A stretch of DNA of 64,000 bases from Squalus acanthias (Eukaryota): contig CM059438.1 of the NCBI GenBank assembly GCA_030390025.1, positions 58,778,001-58,842,000 on the forward strand. Reading direction: 5' to 3'. Position 1 is the stretch's first letter. Each line of letters opens with the position of its first letter. The position numbers were made by a program, and so were the translations under genes. Below are positions 1-11,135 of the stretch, in pieces. Below the pieces are notes generated by a model. It was not told where the DNA came from and did not search any database. It saw nothing but the letters and a program-made list of their open reading frames with translations.

Positions 1-182
1 GGGGCTGCCAGGCTTCCACACCAATACCTTCATCTCATGACGACCAGCAGAGGGCAGCCACTGGTGCTGCAGCCATGTGAATGAGGGAACACCAACAAGG
101 CCAGCCCCCATCATCTGATACTAAACTGGGCGGTGTGACTGGCCACAGGATATGGTTGATCCCATCTGGAGTGTGGTCGGAT

Positions 183-730
183 CCCACCTGGACACTGCGT
201 TCAGTCTGGGCACCACACCTAAGGAAGGATATATTGGCCTTGGAGGGGGTGTAGCGCAGATTCACCAGAATGATACCGGCACTAAAAGGGTTAAATTATG
301 AGGACAGATTGCATAGACTAGGCTTGTATTCCCTTGAGTTTAGAAGATTAAGGGGTGATCCAATTGAGGTGTTTAAGATGATTAAAGGATTTGATAGGGT
401 AGATACAGAGAAACCATTTCCTTTGGCGGGAGAGTCCAGAACAAGGGGCCATCACCTTAAAATTAGAGCCAGGCTGTTCACGGGTGATATCAGAAAGCAC
501 TTCTTCACACAAAAGGTAGAGGAAATCTGGAACTTTCTCTCCCAAAAAGCTGTTGAGGCTGGGGGGCAATTGAAAATTTAAAAACTGAGATTGATAGATT
601 TTTGTTCGGCAAGGGTATTAAGGGTTATGGAACCATGGCCGGAAAATGGAGTTAAGATACAGATCAGCCATGATGTAATGGAATGGAAGAACAGACTCGA
701 GGGGTTGAATGACCTTTTCCTGTTCCTTTG
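183..730 (+). mobile_element. CR1 LINE 3' fragment
   Basis: ORF 270-581 (GLNYEDRLHRLGLYSLEFRRLRGD...SRTRGH) is a CR1 ORF2 C-terminus, followed by the typical 3' UTR (gatcagccatgat...). Confidence 0.9.
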
Positions 731-1014
731 CTCCTATCTCTATCACTTAATTGGGAGTTCCTGGGCACGCCATCTGGGTTACACAGTTGGAGCCATGTCC
801 TGAGGACTGGCACACCAGCAGCGGGCAGGGAAACGTGCGCTTCAATGGCTATAGTTTGATGATGAGATCTGGTCTTTACTGGCTTTACTGCATCAATGGG
901 CGATACAGCCCTGTTTCACAACTCCACGAGTCCAAAGCTGTCCTCGGCCACGCTGCACGCACATTCATCAATGGTGACTGGATTGCAATCAGGACCATGA
1001 ACCCTGACTGATTG

Positions 1015-1512
1015 CATCGGAGCAGGAATAGGGCATTCAGCCCCTCGAGCCTGTTTCATCATTCAATTGCATCATGGCTGATATGTACCTTAACTCCATT
1101 TACCCATCTTTGATCCATATCCCTTGGTACCCCTAGCTAACAAAAATCTCTCAATTTCAGTCTTGAAAATTTCATTCAACCCAGCATCCATAACTTTTTG
1201 GGGGAGAGAGTTCCAGATTTCCACTACCCTTTGTGTGAAGAATTGCTTCCTGACATCACCCCTGAACGGCCTAGTTTATGATTATGCCCCCTTGTTCTGG
1301 ACTCCCCCACCAGAGGAAATCGTTTCTCTCTATCGACCCTATCAATTCCTTTAATCATCTTAAACACCTCAATTGGATCACCCCTTAATCTTCTATACAC
1401 AAGGAAATACAAGCCTAGTCTATGCAACCTGTCCTCGTAATTTAACCCTTTTAGCCCCGGTATCATTCTGGTGAACCTGCGCTGCACCCCCTCCAAGGCC
1501 AATATATCCTTC
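1015..1512 (-). mobile_element. CR1 LINE 3' fragment
   Basis: ORF 1224-1523 (KDILALEGVQRRFTRMIPGLKGLNYEDRL...) plus the CR1 3' UTR on the minus strand. Confidence 0.9.
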
Positions 1513-1524
1513 CCGAGATTCAAT

Positions 1525-1690
1525 TCTATTTATTTATTTCCTCTCTCTCTAGCCTGGGGGCACTGAGGTGAACTGTAACTTCCCCACCACTGTCCCAGCT
1601 GAAATTCAGTGCAGAGCAGGGATTAAACCTGGGACCTGGCGCTCCATATGGCTCTGTGCTACACCGACAGTGCACTCGCCAAACCAGCGA
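1525..1690 (-). mobile_element. Degenerate tRNA-derived SINE fragment
   Basis: Minus strand has a B-box-like ggtttaatccc followed by SINE-like body and an A-rich end; related sequence occurs near 13200-13270. Confidence 0.4.
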
Positions 1691-2709
1691 TCGGGTTAAT
1701 GATAGGTTGGTGTACTTTGAGTAGAGATGGCGGTCCTGAAGATCCACGGCTGGAGGAGGGGTAGGTGATCCTGATGTAAGTGCAACCTCTGCTGCTGACC
1801 CCGCCAAAGTTCATGGGGTCAAGGGGAGGGACCAGCCGGACAGGGGGCGGTGTCGGTACCCCATCCTGGAAAGGTGAAAATCCTGCTCCAGAAATAGTAA
1901 AAAGAAATTTAGTGCCCCAATCTTCACGGGTTCGGACCCCAAACTGGGCCAGGAGGTGCAGCTGGGCCCCCGTCCGCCGGTTGTCAGTGAGGTACGCCTG
2001 GTGACATCAGGAGCCCCTGCGCCGACTCTACGGCAGGTCCTGACTCAGTGTCAGGGTGCATGAACTCCTGACTTGGGGAATCCCTGCCCTCCCCTTCCAT
2101 TAATGGCCCTGTCGGCTGAAGGCTCCACCTACACAGGCCTGTCCTGGAAACGTACAGTTAAGGCCCAGGACTGGGTGTGACTGCGTCTGAGCTCGTCGCA
2201 GACCTACGGTGGGGTTCCGGCAGACCGGCACAGATTGCCCGGCCCTGCTGTGTCCATCCCTTCTAGTGAGGCTGAGTATGAACCAACGCGCCAGTGACTG
2301 GCACTCTCAATCCTCCTCTCTTTGTAAGGCATTCATCACCCTCGCCCCATCCCTTATAGTATGCACCATTCGATGGGCAAGGCAGTAGGCCACAGCCTGC
2401 TCCCACGCCCCTGCTAATGCTTTGTAGTGTGAACCATGAGCAGATAGTCAAGGGCACCCTGAGGGAGTCAGGCACTCCCGAGTTTCCCTACTGGCCTGTG
2501 ACTGACGCAATGGTTGAGATCAGTTGCTGATTTTGAGGGGAGCGAGAGGAGTGTGGCTCTGCCCTGCAGTTGCACCAACTTCAATCAAAAGCGGCAACAG
2601 AATGTGCCGGTGTGCCCGCACAGGAGCCAGGCCCCCCTTCAATGCTCGGTGTGTCACAGTGTTAAACGCTGTCGGGCTGGATTGGGCCCAGTCAGAGTGG
2701 TGCACGCAC

Positions 2710-2867
2710 TTGTTGAGGTCCCTGGGGTTGTGGAAGAGGTAGAGTCCAGCCCGCTCGTATCCGATGACCTGCAGAAAGTCTCTGAGATGGGGCTGGTTCC
2801 AGAGAGTCGCCACCCCTTTCTCTGTCAGTCGGGGGCACACCGTGGGGGATGACCGGCACTTTTCCAG
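2710..2867 (-). CDS. Exon F of TTC28-like CHAT-domain gene (second PUB-like module); 3' boundary uncertain
   Basis: Acceptor ttgttctgttgcAG, phase 0. Encodes LEKCRSSPTVCPRLTEKGVATLWNQPHLRDFLQVIGYERAGLYLFHNPRDLN, similar to TTC28 LWRLPGCHEFLAALGF (from memory). Likely donor aa|GTgcgt after 2710; otherwise it reads through to TGA at 2520. Confidence 0.75.
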
Positions 2868-3356
2868 CTGCAACAGAACAAAGAGCAAAAAGGGTGACTG
2901 TCGAGGATCAAAGGAGCACAGAGATAGAAAGAGACACCACTAACCTGCTGGGGGCCGTTCTCATTCTTTCAATGGGAAGCATCCTCACCACACTATTGGA
3001 ATAAAGCCTAATTCTGGGAGACCAGGTGCTCAGCAGACACGAGATGTGCTATCATGATGTGCAGGTGAGCAGTGCCACACACGCTCCCCATACTTCCATG
3101 TCATATAAAGCTTTGACCTAAGCACCGACCTCTAACCGCCCCCCTCCCCGAAACACGAACGGCCACAGAGCTGTGCAGAGGGATGGGTGTGTGGAGGATG
3201 CATAATCATTCCAACAGTGAAGAAAACTCTCCCTTAATTCTTCACCCGCCACCCACTTTTGGAACATACCAAAGTAGTACAAATTAAGACATGACACCGG
3301 TTGTCAGAACCGATCTACAAAAGGCAAGGCTGCGTGCTGCAATTCTGGACAATAAT

Positions 3357-3958
3357 ATATAGGAACATGAGTAGGCCATTCAGCCCCTCGAGCCTGTTCC
3401 GTCATTCAGTTAGATCATGGCTGATCTGTACCTCAACTCCATTTACCCGCCTTTGCTCCATATCTCTTGATACCCTTACCCAATGTTCCCTCTTATTCTT
3501 TTTTTGGGCGTACGGCCCATTCACAGCTTTGTGCACGCACAAAACTTCACATTGAAAAAGCTGGTCCGGGGTTGCGTGGGACCGGCAGAGAGCCGGCCTT
3601 ATAGGGAACGTTGCCCTTACCTAACAAAAATATATTGATCTCAATCTTGAAAGCTCCAATTGACTCACAGCAACCAGAGCCTTTTGCGGGAGAGATTTCA
3701 GATTTCCACTACCCTTTCTGTGAAAAATTGCTTCTTGATTTCCCTCCTGAATGGTCGAGCACTAATTTTAAGATTATGCCCCCTTGCTCTGTATTTCCCC
3801 CTTGGCCCCCCGAGGAAATTGTTTCTCTGTATCTAATCTATCGAATTCTTTTATAATTTTAAACACCTCGATCAGATCACCCCTCAATCTTCTATACTCA
3901 GAGGAATACAAGACAATTTTATGCAGCCTGTCCTCGTAACTCAACTCTTTTAGCCCTT
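3357..3958 (-). mobile_element. CR1 LINE 3' fragment interrupted by a MITE
   Basis: ggaacatgagtaggccattcagcccctcgagcctg 3' end and ORF2-tail homology to the copy at 1015-1512; interrupted at 3481-3613. Confidence 0.85.
3481..3613. mobile_element. hAT-type MITE (133 bp)
   Basis: TIRs caatgttccct / agggaacgttg (one mismatch); exact 8-bp TSD cccttacc at 3473-3480 and 3614-3621. Confidence 0.85.
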
Positions 3959-4511
3959 AATAAAAATCTTGAGTAGTGTACACACTTCCTGTTCACAAAC
4001 CTCACTTCCTGGTCAGCACACTTCTGTGTCAATATTTACGATTATAAATTGCTATGTCAACATTTCCCACTTGATTTTGCCATGGCAACACTGCTGATGT
4101 AGCTTGAGGCTCTGGCCACTAAGTGGCGCTGTGGGTTGAGTATCTGAAGCCTCTCTCCCAACCTTCTAGCAGTCTTGTAGAAAAAAATGATATTCATCAA
4201 CTAACTGTGGCCAATGCCAAGGGAAACTTACTAGTGTTTAGTAAAAGTGTGAGAATTACTTCATGTGGCAGCCTTGCGCATAATATTAATTGCAGCCTGA
4301 TTGAGGGGTGCCCAGGAAATATCCCTGGAATAGGTAGAATCCTGTCGCTTGGGCTTTCTCCCTGCAAGTTGGTGGTGGTGTGGGATACACTCAACCATTC
4401 ATTTAACTATCGATTGGTTAGTTATTGGGTTATATTGAGAAATGAATGACTGCTGAGATAGCCTAAGTAGCTCCATGTGAGAGTAGTAACTCAGGGCTTT
4501 GAGAGCTCACC

Positions 4512-5000
4512 GGAACATAGGAATTGCTGGGTGAAAAAAGGCCGAGGTCCGTCTAGGTCGCCTTCTACCATCCTGGGAGTCGCATGACATAATAATGGAG
4601 TTGTTAACCAATCATAGCAATTAATATATATCAATTAGCCAACAACAGACCCAGACATGAGGCGAGGACAACCCCAGTGGTGGAGAGCTTTGAGAACCAC
4701 AGGTCCAAAGTCACCTGTTCCTCCCAAGCCCACTACACTCAGCACAGGTCAAGTCTCAAATTTCTCACATACTGTATCCCAAAATGTTATTTTCAGAAAG
4801 AAATCTATTTAATTTGCATCTGAATGGATCAATACTAACTGCTACCACCGTCGCCCTGGGGAGCTCGCTCACTGAAATAATAACCGATTGGTTTTGAATT
4901 TACCCTCCTTCAAGAGCAGGCTGTGTCCTCTGTTTCTGCTGTTCTGGACAAGGTTAAACAGCTCGCCACGGTCTACATTATTGCGTCCCTTGAGAATCCA
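4512..5000 (-). mobile_element. Old degenerate CR1-type LINE 3' end
   Basis: Starts ggaacataggaattgct... and shows decayed CR1 ORF2-tail-like sequence (ttgaatttaccc...ctgtgtcctct). Confidence 0.5.
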
Positions 5001-6239
5001 TAGCATTTCCACAATGGAAACAAAGTTTCAGTTCTAACTTGTGACTGGACGGCAATTTCTTGACCCAACTAAAGCTGAGAAGCGACGGTAAGTAAAATCT
5101 CTGGGTGAGTGAGTGCTAAGGAGCTGCACTGTTCGAGTGTCAAACCAAATATAGTTGATCTAGAAGGGCTGGCATTTCAATAATTCTGTGAGCTGAAACA
5201 GAGCGTGCAGGTTGTCCCCATGCCAGAAATTTAAACTGGCACATTCAAAGAGCTTTGAACAATGGTTCCCTTAACTTGTTAACTAAATGATGGTCCCAAT
5301 TGGAAGCAGTGGCGGTCTTACTGGGCGCAATTGTCAAATAGTTTGGATAAGAATGGACACCATCGGGTGATTCCCCTAATAATCCAAATGGGACTGAAAT
5401 AGACCCATGAACCCGATTGAAACTGGGGTTTAAACCGATGCCAAACACATGCTGGAGACACGCCAGAATGTATGGGACATCACGAGATAGGACTGTCTCA
5501 GCAGGTGTTACTAGCTCTATTAGTGGAAAATGAACAAGGCATCTACACCAGGAGGTCCTGTTCGAACAGAGAAAGTTCTGGGAGGGGCCTTTTGGGGACG
5601 AGAGGGGGGCGGGTGCAACACCCGCCCCATGGGTGCGCCCTCTGACCTCAACTGCCAAGCTAAGACTACTCAACAGTACCATGTACCAGGTAGATGGCCC
5701 AAGTACGCATCCCACAATGTGTTGTCTGGGTCAAACCTGTTCTACACTTATTGCTGGCCCATGCCAAGCCTCACACAATCTTACAGCTCTTTCATTGCTT
5801 TTTGTGCAAACCTATATTTCAGCAGGGCACATATTCAAGCTGCAACTTACAACTGACACCCTTGGCGCTCTCATAACTTCAGAGGACTCCATAGATACAA
5901 TCACTGTAACACAAGCTGCCTGCATGATACACGGTCACTTACTCACACAGAGGATGGGCTGTGGGGTGGTAACATGGTCGAAGCAATGATCCCTATAATT
6001 TGGCAAATGCAGCAGTGCAGCGACATTGCGTAGCAGTGTTAAGCTCCAGTTGTTATTCAATGGGAAAGGTCTGGCTTGCTGACCTGTGCATCAGTCACCT
6101 GTTTGACGAGGATACATATGTGCTTTATGCTAGAATGGGAGGAGGTGGAGGAAGAAGAGTTGAGGTAGGAGTTGACTTTAATTGCTACAGGTAACATTAT
6201 CCTTATGGTGTATGTTGTCTGCAGATGTCCTTCCAGCAG

Positions 6240-6538
6240 TACAAGTGACCATGAAGCTGTCGGATTGTTGTAAAAACCCAACTGGTTCACTAATGTCCTT
6301 CAGGGAAGGAAACCTGCCATCCTTACCCGGTCTGGGCCTATATGTGAGTCCAGTCCCACACCAACGAGGTTGATTCTTAACTGTTCTCTGAAGTGGCCTA
6401 GCAAGACACTCAATTGTATCTAACCTCTATAAAGAAGTAGAGGGCCCACCAGCATCTTCGCAGGCCACCTAGGGATGGGCAATAAATGCCGGCCTTGCCA
6501 GCGATGTCCACATCCCAAGAGTGAATTAAAAAAAAAAA
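6240..6538 (+). mobile_element. SINE body/3' end with poly(A) tail
   Basis: actggttcactaatgtccttcagggaaggaaacctgcc...gggcaataaatgccggccttgccagcgatgtccacatccc ending in an A-run at about 6527-6538; recognised as a common elasmobranch SINE. Confidence 0.7.
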
Positions 6539-6984
6539 TGGGACCCTTACAACAGGTGTCGGCAAGACTCAGCATTTTGAGGGACGCTAGGCCCCTCTCC
6601 GATCAGAGAGGACAGGCAGCAAAGACCAGACATGTCCCCCTTTTTTTCAGTGACTGGGATCAGCACTGGAGCAGCTGAATGGCTCGGATCCCATGGCCGT
6701 TCCCATGGCAGCAGGCCTCACAAGCGGTTATATTTCTGCCCCAGTTTCCTGATGCAAGGCACTGCCAGGGGTAGGCCTGCACCAGGGGTCAAGTCTGGAA
6801 ATGGGATAATGATCTGAACCCAGAAATACAGGCGGGTTCAGGTCACTGCAGGTGGATGCACTGAGCTGTGGGGCACAGAGGATTATCATCCCAAATAACC
6901 AAAGCTCCAAGAGACTGTGGTAACCCATAACTCCTCCAAATCCCAACTAACTAGCAACTTGCCCTCTACAACTAACTAGCAACT

Positions 6985-7300
6985 TATCCTCTTTGCTCAG
7001 GAACCTGTCAAGTTCCCTTGTAAAGGACTGCAATGACTCCATATCCAGGAGACTTAAAGATAATCTGTTCCACAGGGCAATGACTGTGTAAAGAAATATT
7101 TTTTGACATGTAACCTAACTCTGCCTACGTATGTAACATGTGTGCCCCCTAATTTTACCATTCGTATCTAGCTCAAATAACCTATCCAATCTAACTGTGT
7201 CCAATCTCTTCATCATTGTATAAACCTCAGTCCTCTCCCCTCTCAGCTCCGGTTTCTCTAAAGTAAGGGGCCCGACAACTGTCCTCACAACTGAGAGATT
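6985..7300 (-). mobile_element. Old degenerate CR1 fragment
   Basis: Decayed ORF2-tail sequence (gttccacag...gtaaagaaat...tataaacctcagtcctctccccctcagc). Confidence 0.5.
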
Positions 7301-7552
7301 TCAGACCGAGGGGGTGAAATTCACCCTCGGTGGAGGTGCAGAACGGGTGGTAACGGATTGGTGCGTTCTGCACCCCGCCTGATTTTCCTTTCTATTGACT
7401 TCAACACGGGCGATCCACTGCTGCCTGATTTATGCCCCCTCTGAATTTTATTCCCTCCCCCCTTGGGTATTCTCCAGCTCGCCCTGCTCTGCACCCTTTC
7501 AGAGCCTCAGGTACCCTTTGCCATGTGCAGGGGCCAAAACTGTACATGATGC

Positions 7553-7715
7553 CAATGTACCCTCCAATTTATTTTCCGCGCGCGATCCCTTTAACTGGCT
7601 GCGCGTCCCATTCACATTTTCGTGCATGCGCCGTTTCTTCCACGTAAAAGCCAGTGAGCGGCCTGCGCAGGACCTCCAGACCTCTGCGAGGCCGTGCAGC
7701 TTAGCAGGAACGTGG
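7553..7715. mobile_element. hAT-type MITE, older relative of the 3481-3613 element
   Basis: Ends caatgtaccctc / gcaggaacgtgg; 8-bp TSD catgatgc (7545-7552) vs catggtgc (7716-7723); shares the internal cccattcaca motif. Confidence 0.7.
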
Positions 7716-8084
7716 CATGGTGCTTATATCGCCTAAGCTCTTTATTTTATATCCTAACAATGCACACTGAAACCATCCTTGCCAATGCCTATTGCTCCCT
7801 CACAGGGGTTGTGCACCTTTAATGACTCATCAACCATTAACCCCCACCTCCCTCCCCAGATCATCTTGATCCTTTACCCTTACCAGGACCCCTTGCATGA
7901 CATTCGCATGCCCGGCGTTTCCCCGCCCCAAATGCACGTGTGCACATGAAGGGACATTTGCCATACACCAGCTCAATTCCCCAATATAATAGCAAAATAC
8001 TGCGGATGCTGGAAATCAGAAATAACAACAGAAAATGCTAGAAACACTCAGCAGGTCAGGCAGCATCTGTGGAGAGAGAAAGAG

Positions 8085-8121
8085 AGTTAATGTTTCAGGT
8101 CGAAGACCCTTCGTCAGAACT
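8085..8121 (-). ncRNA. Minimal hammerhead ribozyme motif in the Penelope terminal repeat
   Basis: Minus strand AGTT-CTGACGA-AGGGTC-TTC-GACCT-GAAA-CA-TT-AACT: CUGANGA and GAAA cores, stem II hairpin, stem I AGTT/AACT. Confidence 0.7.
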
Positions 8122-8811
8122 GGAAAAGGTTCGAGATGGAACAGATTTTTAAGCAAGTGTGGGGGCAGAGACAGGGAGGAAAGAACAAAAGGGAAGGTCT
8201 GTGATAGGATGGAAGGCAGGAGAGATTAAATGACAAAAGGGATGATGGTGCAAGGCAAAAGGAGATGGTAATGGGACAAGTTAAGAAACAAAAGATGGCT
8301 CTAGATGAAGTGTCAAGGGCAATGGCAGAATGAAAGACAGCTGCCATGTGAGAGAAAAAAAAGAGAAAAAAGAAACAAAATACAGGGGCCGAGGTCATGG
8401 TCTGAAATTGTTGAATTCGATGTTAAGTCCAGAAGGCTGTAAAGTGCTTAATCGAAAGATGAGGTGCTGTTCCTCGAGCTTACGTTGAGCTTCATTGGAA
8501 CAGTGTAAGAGGCCGAGGACAGAGAGGTCAGAGTGGGAGTGGAGCGGAGAATTAAAGTGACAGGCGACCGGAAGCTTTGAGTCACGCATACGGACTGAAC
8601 GGAGGTGTTCTGCAAAACGGTCAGCCAACCTGCGTTTGTAGAGGAGACCGCATCGTGAGCAGCGAATACAGTATATAAATTGCAAGTAGTACAAGTAAAT
8701 CGCTGTTTCACCTGGAAGGAGTGTTTGGGGCCCTGGACAGTGGGAAGGGAGGAGGTAAAAGGGCAGGTGTTGCATCTCCTGCACTTGCACGGGAAGGTGC
8801 CGTGGGAAGGG

Positions 8812-9029
8812 TGACATAAGAAAACTACTAGGCACTTGGTCTAAGCGTTAAACAAAGCTTTAATCAACTGTTTTACAACATGGAGGTCTAGTTGTGTCCT
8901 TTACTAGTTCCTGTTAAGAATGTCCTGCGCAAGCTGGGCCCGTGCCCGAGTATTTGTACTCTCCCTGGACAGCGCCACCTGCAGGCCCCTCAATATTATT
9001 TCATACGTCTTTATGACAGATTCATGTCA
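8812..9029 (-). mobile_element. Solo LTR (218 bp) inserted in the Penelope element
   Basis: Termini TGACAT...ATGTCA (TG..CA, inverted); 5-bp TSD aaggg at 8807-8811 and 9030-9034; ATTAAA on the minus strand near the left end. Confidence 0.8.
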
Positions 9030-9189
9030 AAGGGGAAGGGGTGTTGGGGGTGATAGAGGGGTGGACCAGGGTGCCGCGGAGGGAGTGGTCCCTCCGGAAT
9101 GCTGAAAGTGGAGGGGCGGGGAAGATGTGTTTGGAGGTGTAGAGGGATTGGACGTCCATAGTGAAAAGGAGACGGTTGGGGCCAGGACC

Positions 9190-9705
9190 CATCGTTTCAG
9201 CCTGTTCTTGCCCCACGGAACTGATTTCTTCCTATCTCGACTCTATTTGTTCTCCCCTTGTCCAATCTTTTTCACCTACATTCGTGACACTTCCGACACC
9301 CTCCACTACTTTAACAGTTTCCAGTTTCCTGGCACCAACCATCTCCTTTTCACCATTTACGTCCAATCCCTCTACACCTCCATCCCCCATCAGGACGGCC
9401 TGAGGGCTCTCCACTTCTTCCTTGAACAGAGGCCCAACCAGTCCCCATCCACCACCACCCTCCTCCGCCTGGCTGAACTTGTTCTCAAATTGAACAACTT
9501 CTCCTTTGACTCCACTCACTTCCTCCAAATTAAAGGTGTTGCTACGGGAACCCACACGGGCCTCAGCTATGCCTGCCTTTTCGTGGGATATGTGGAACAT
9601 TCTTTGTTCCAGTCCTACTCAGGTCCCTCCCTCACCTCTTTTTCCGGTACATTGATGACTGTATTGGTGCTGTTTCCTGCTCTCGCCCTGAACTAGAAAA
9701 TTTCT
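9190..9705 (+). mobile_element. Penelope-like reverse transcriptase fragment, inverted relative to the endonuclease part
   Basis: ORF 9127-9696 contains YIRDTSD...VQSLYTSIPHQDGL...NNFSFDSTHFLQIKGVATG; RYIDD follows in a shifted frame (cggtacattgatgac). Confidence 0.9.
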
Positions 9706-10445
9706 GCTAGTTATATCCTCAAAAAACTCTAATAAATTTGTTAAACACGATTTCCCTTTCATAAAACCGTGTTGACTCTGCCTAATCATATTATGATTTT
9801 CTAAGTGCCCTGTTCCACTTCCTTAACAATGGATTCCAGCATTTTCCTGACGACTGATGTCAGGCTAACTGGTCTGTAGTTCCCTGTTTTCTCTCTCCCT
9901 CCTTTCTTGAATAGTGGGGTTACATTTGCTACCTTCCAATCCGCTGGGACCATTCCAGAAACTAGGGAATTTTGGAAGATCACAACCAATGCATCCACTA
10001 TCTCTGCAGCCACCTCTTTTAGAACTCTAGGATGTAGGCCATCAGGTCCAGGCGATTTGTCGGCTTTTAGTCTGATTAGTTTCTAAGTGCATTTCTCTAC
10101 TGATCTTAATTACTTTAAGTTCCTCACTCTCATTAGCCCCTTGGTTCCCCACTATTTTTGGTCTGCTTTTTGTATCTTCTACTGTGAAAACACATACAAA
10201 ATAATTGTTTAAAGTCTCTGCCATTTCCTTATTCCCCATTATAATTTCACCTGTCTCAGCCTCTAAGGGACCAACGCTTACTTTTGCTACTCTCTTCCTT
10301 TTTACATACTTGTAGAAGCTCTTACATTCTGTTTTTATATTTCTTGCTAGTTTACTCTCATATTCTATTTTCTCCCTTTTTCTCCCTTTTTATCAATTTT
10401 TTGGTCATCCTTTGCTGGTTTCTACAGCTCTCCCAATCCTCAGGC
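9705..10445 (-). mobile_element. CR1 ORF2 internal fragment
   Basis: ORFs 9801-10013 (VPADWKVANVTPLFKKGGREKTGNYRPVSLTS) and 10042-10239. Confidence 0.9.
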
Positions 10446-10639
10446 TATTGATTTGGTCCAAATACCTCACCCTGTACGTATCATCTGCAAAATTAAAAAC
10501 AATGCCATTCACGCTTTTATCTAAATCATTAATTAAATTATGAGCTACTCTTATAGAAAGTTGTGTAGAGAATGCCACCTTTGGCTGGATACATGAACTG
10601 CCATAATCACACAGGTCCTGGGGCTGTACAGGACAACAA

Positions 10640-11000
10640 GGAGCATCTATACAGAGCCATCGCAAGGCTCTTCACAGAGCGCAGGAGCAATGGACACTTG
10701 GCTGTGGTAGGAGAGATGAGAAAGGCAACCAAAACCTTGGCCAAAGAGCAGGATTTAAGGAGACTTTTAAAGGTGGAGAGGGGGAGAGGGTTCTTTTGGG
10801 GGGGGTGGTGGGCGGGGGGAGGTGTTCGACAGACTGGGGAATAGGTGGCAGAGAGTTCTGCCATTGATGCTGGAGTAGAGGAAAGGGGATGCACAGAAGG
10901 CTAACATCAGGGGATTGGAGGGGGGGTGAGAGAATGTAAGGCTGCTGAGGTGTTGGGGGTGGGGGGGGTAACATGTTCCCCCAGAACCATTTATTCTAGG
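10640..11000 (-). mobile_element. Degenerate L2/CR1-clade 3' end
   Basis: Minus strand ccacctttaaaagtctccttaaatcc...tgtgaagagccttgcgatg resembles L2-clade 3' UTRs. Confidence 0.4.
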
Positions 11001-11135
11001 TTCTACTTCAGTGTGAGAGGATACAGAATGAAGAAAAACGAGATATCTTAATAAAACCACACTGGGCTATTACCCCCTCCATTGCTTCATTTTTGGGGCT
11101 GAGAAGCAAGTGACATTAACCTCATGTAGGCAGGG

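Larger units (their letters stand above)
7992..9190 (-). mobile_element. Penelope-like element, 3' part: GIY-YIG endonuclease remnant and terminal repeat/UTR
   Basis: ORF 8395-8835 contains IYCIRCSRCGLLY...RRLADRFAEHLRSV...PVACHFN...RKLEEQHLIFRLSTLQPSGLN (PLE GIY-YIG; the usual IGET residues appear deleted). Interrupted by a solo LTR. Confidence 0.9.

Noticed and set aside
5245..5989. Overlapping 100-156-aa ORFs on both strands
   Set aside because: No recognisable domain or splice-consistent link to the gene; exons E and F join directly in phase 0.
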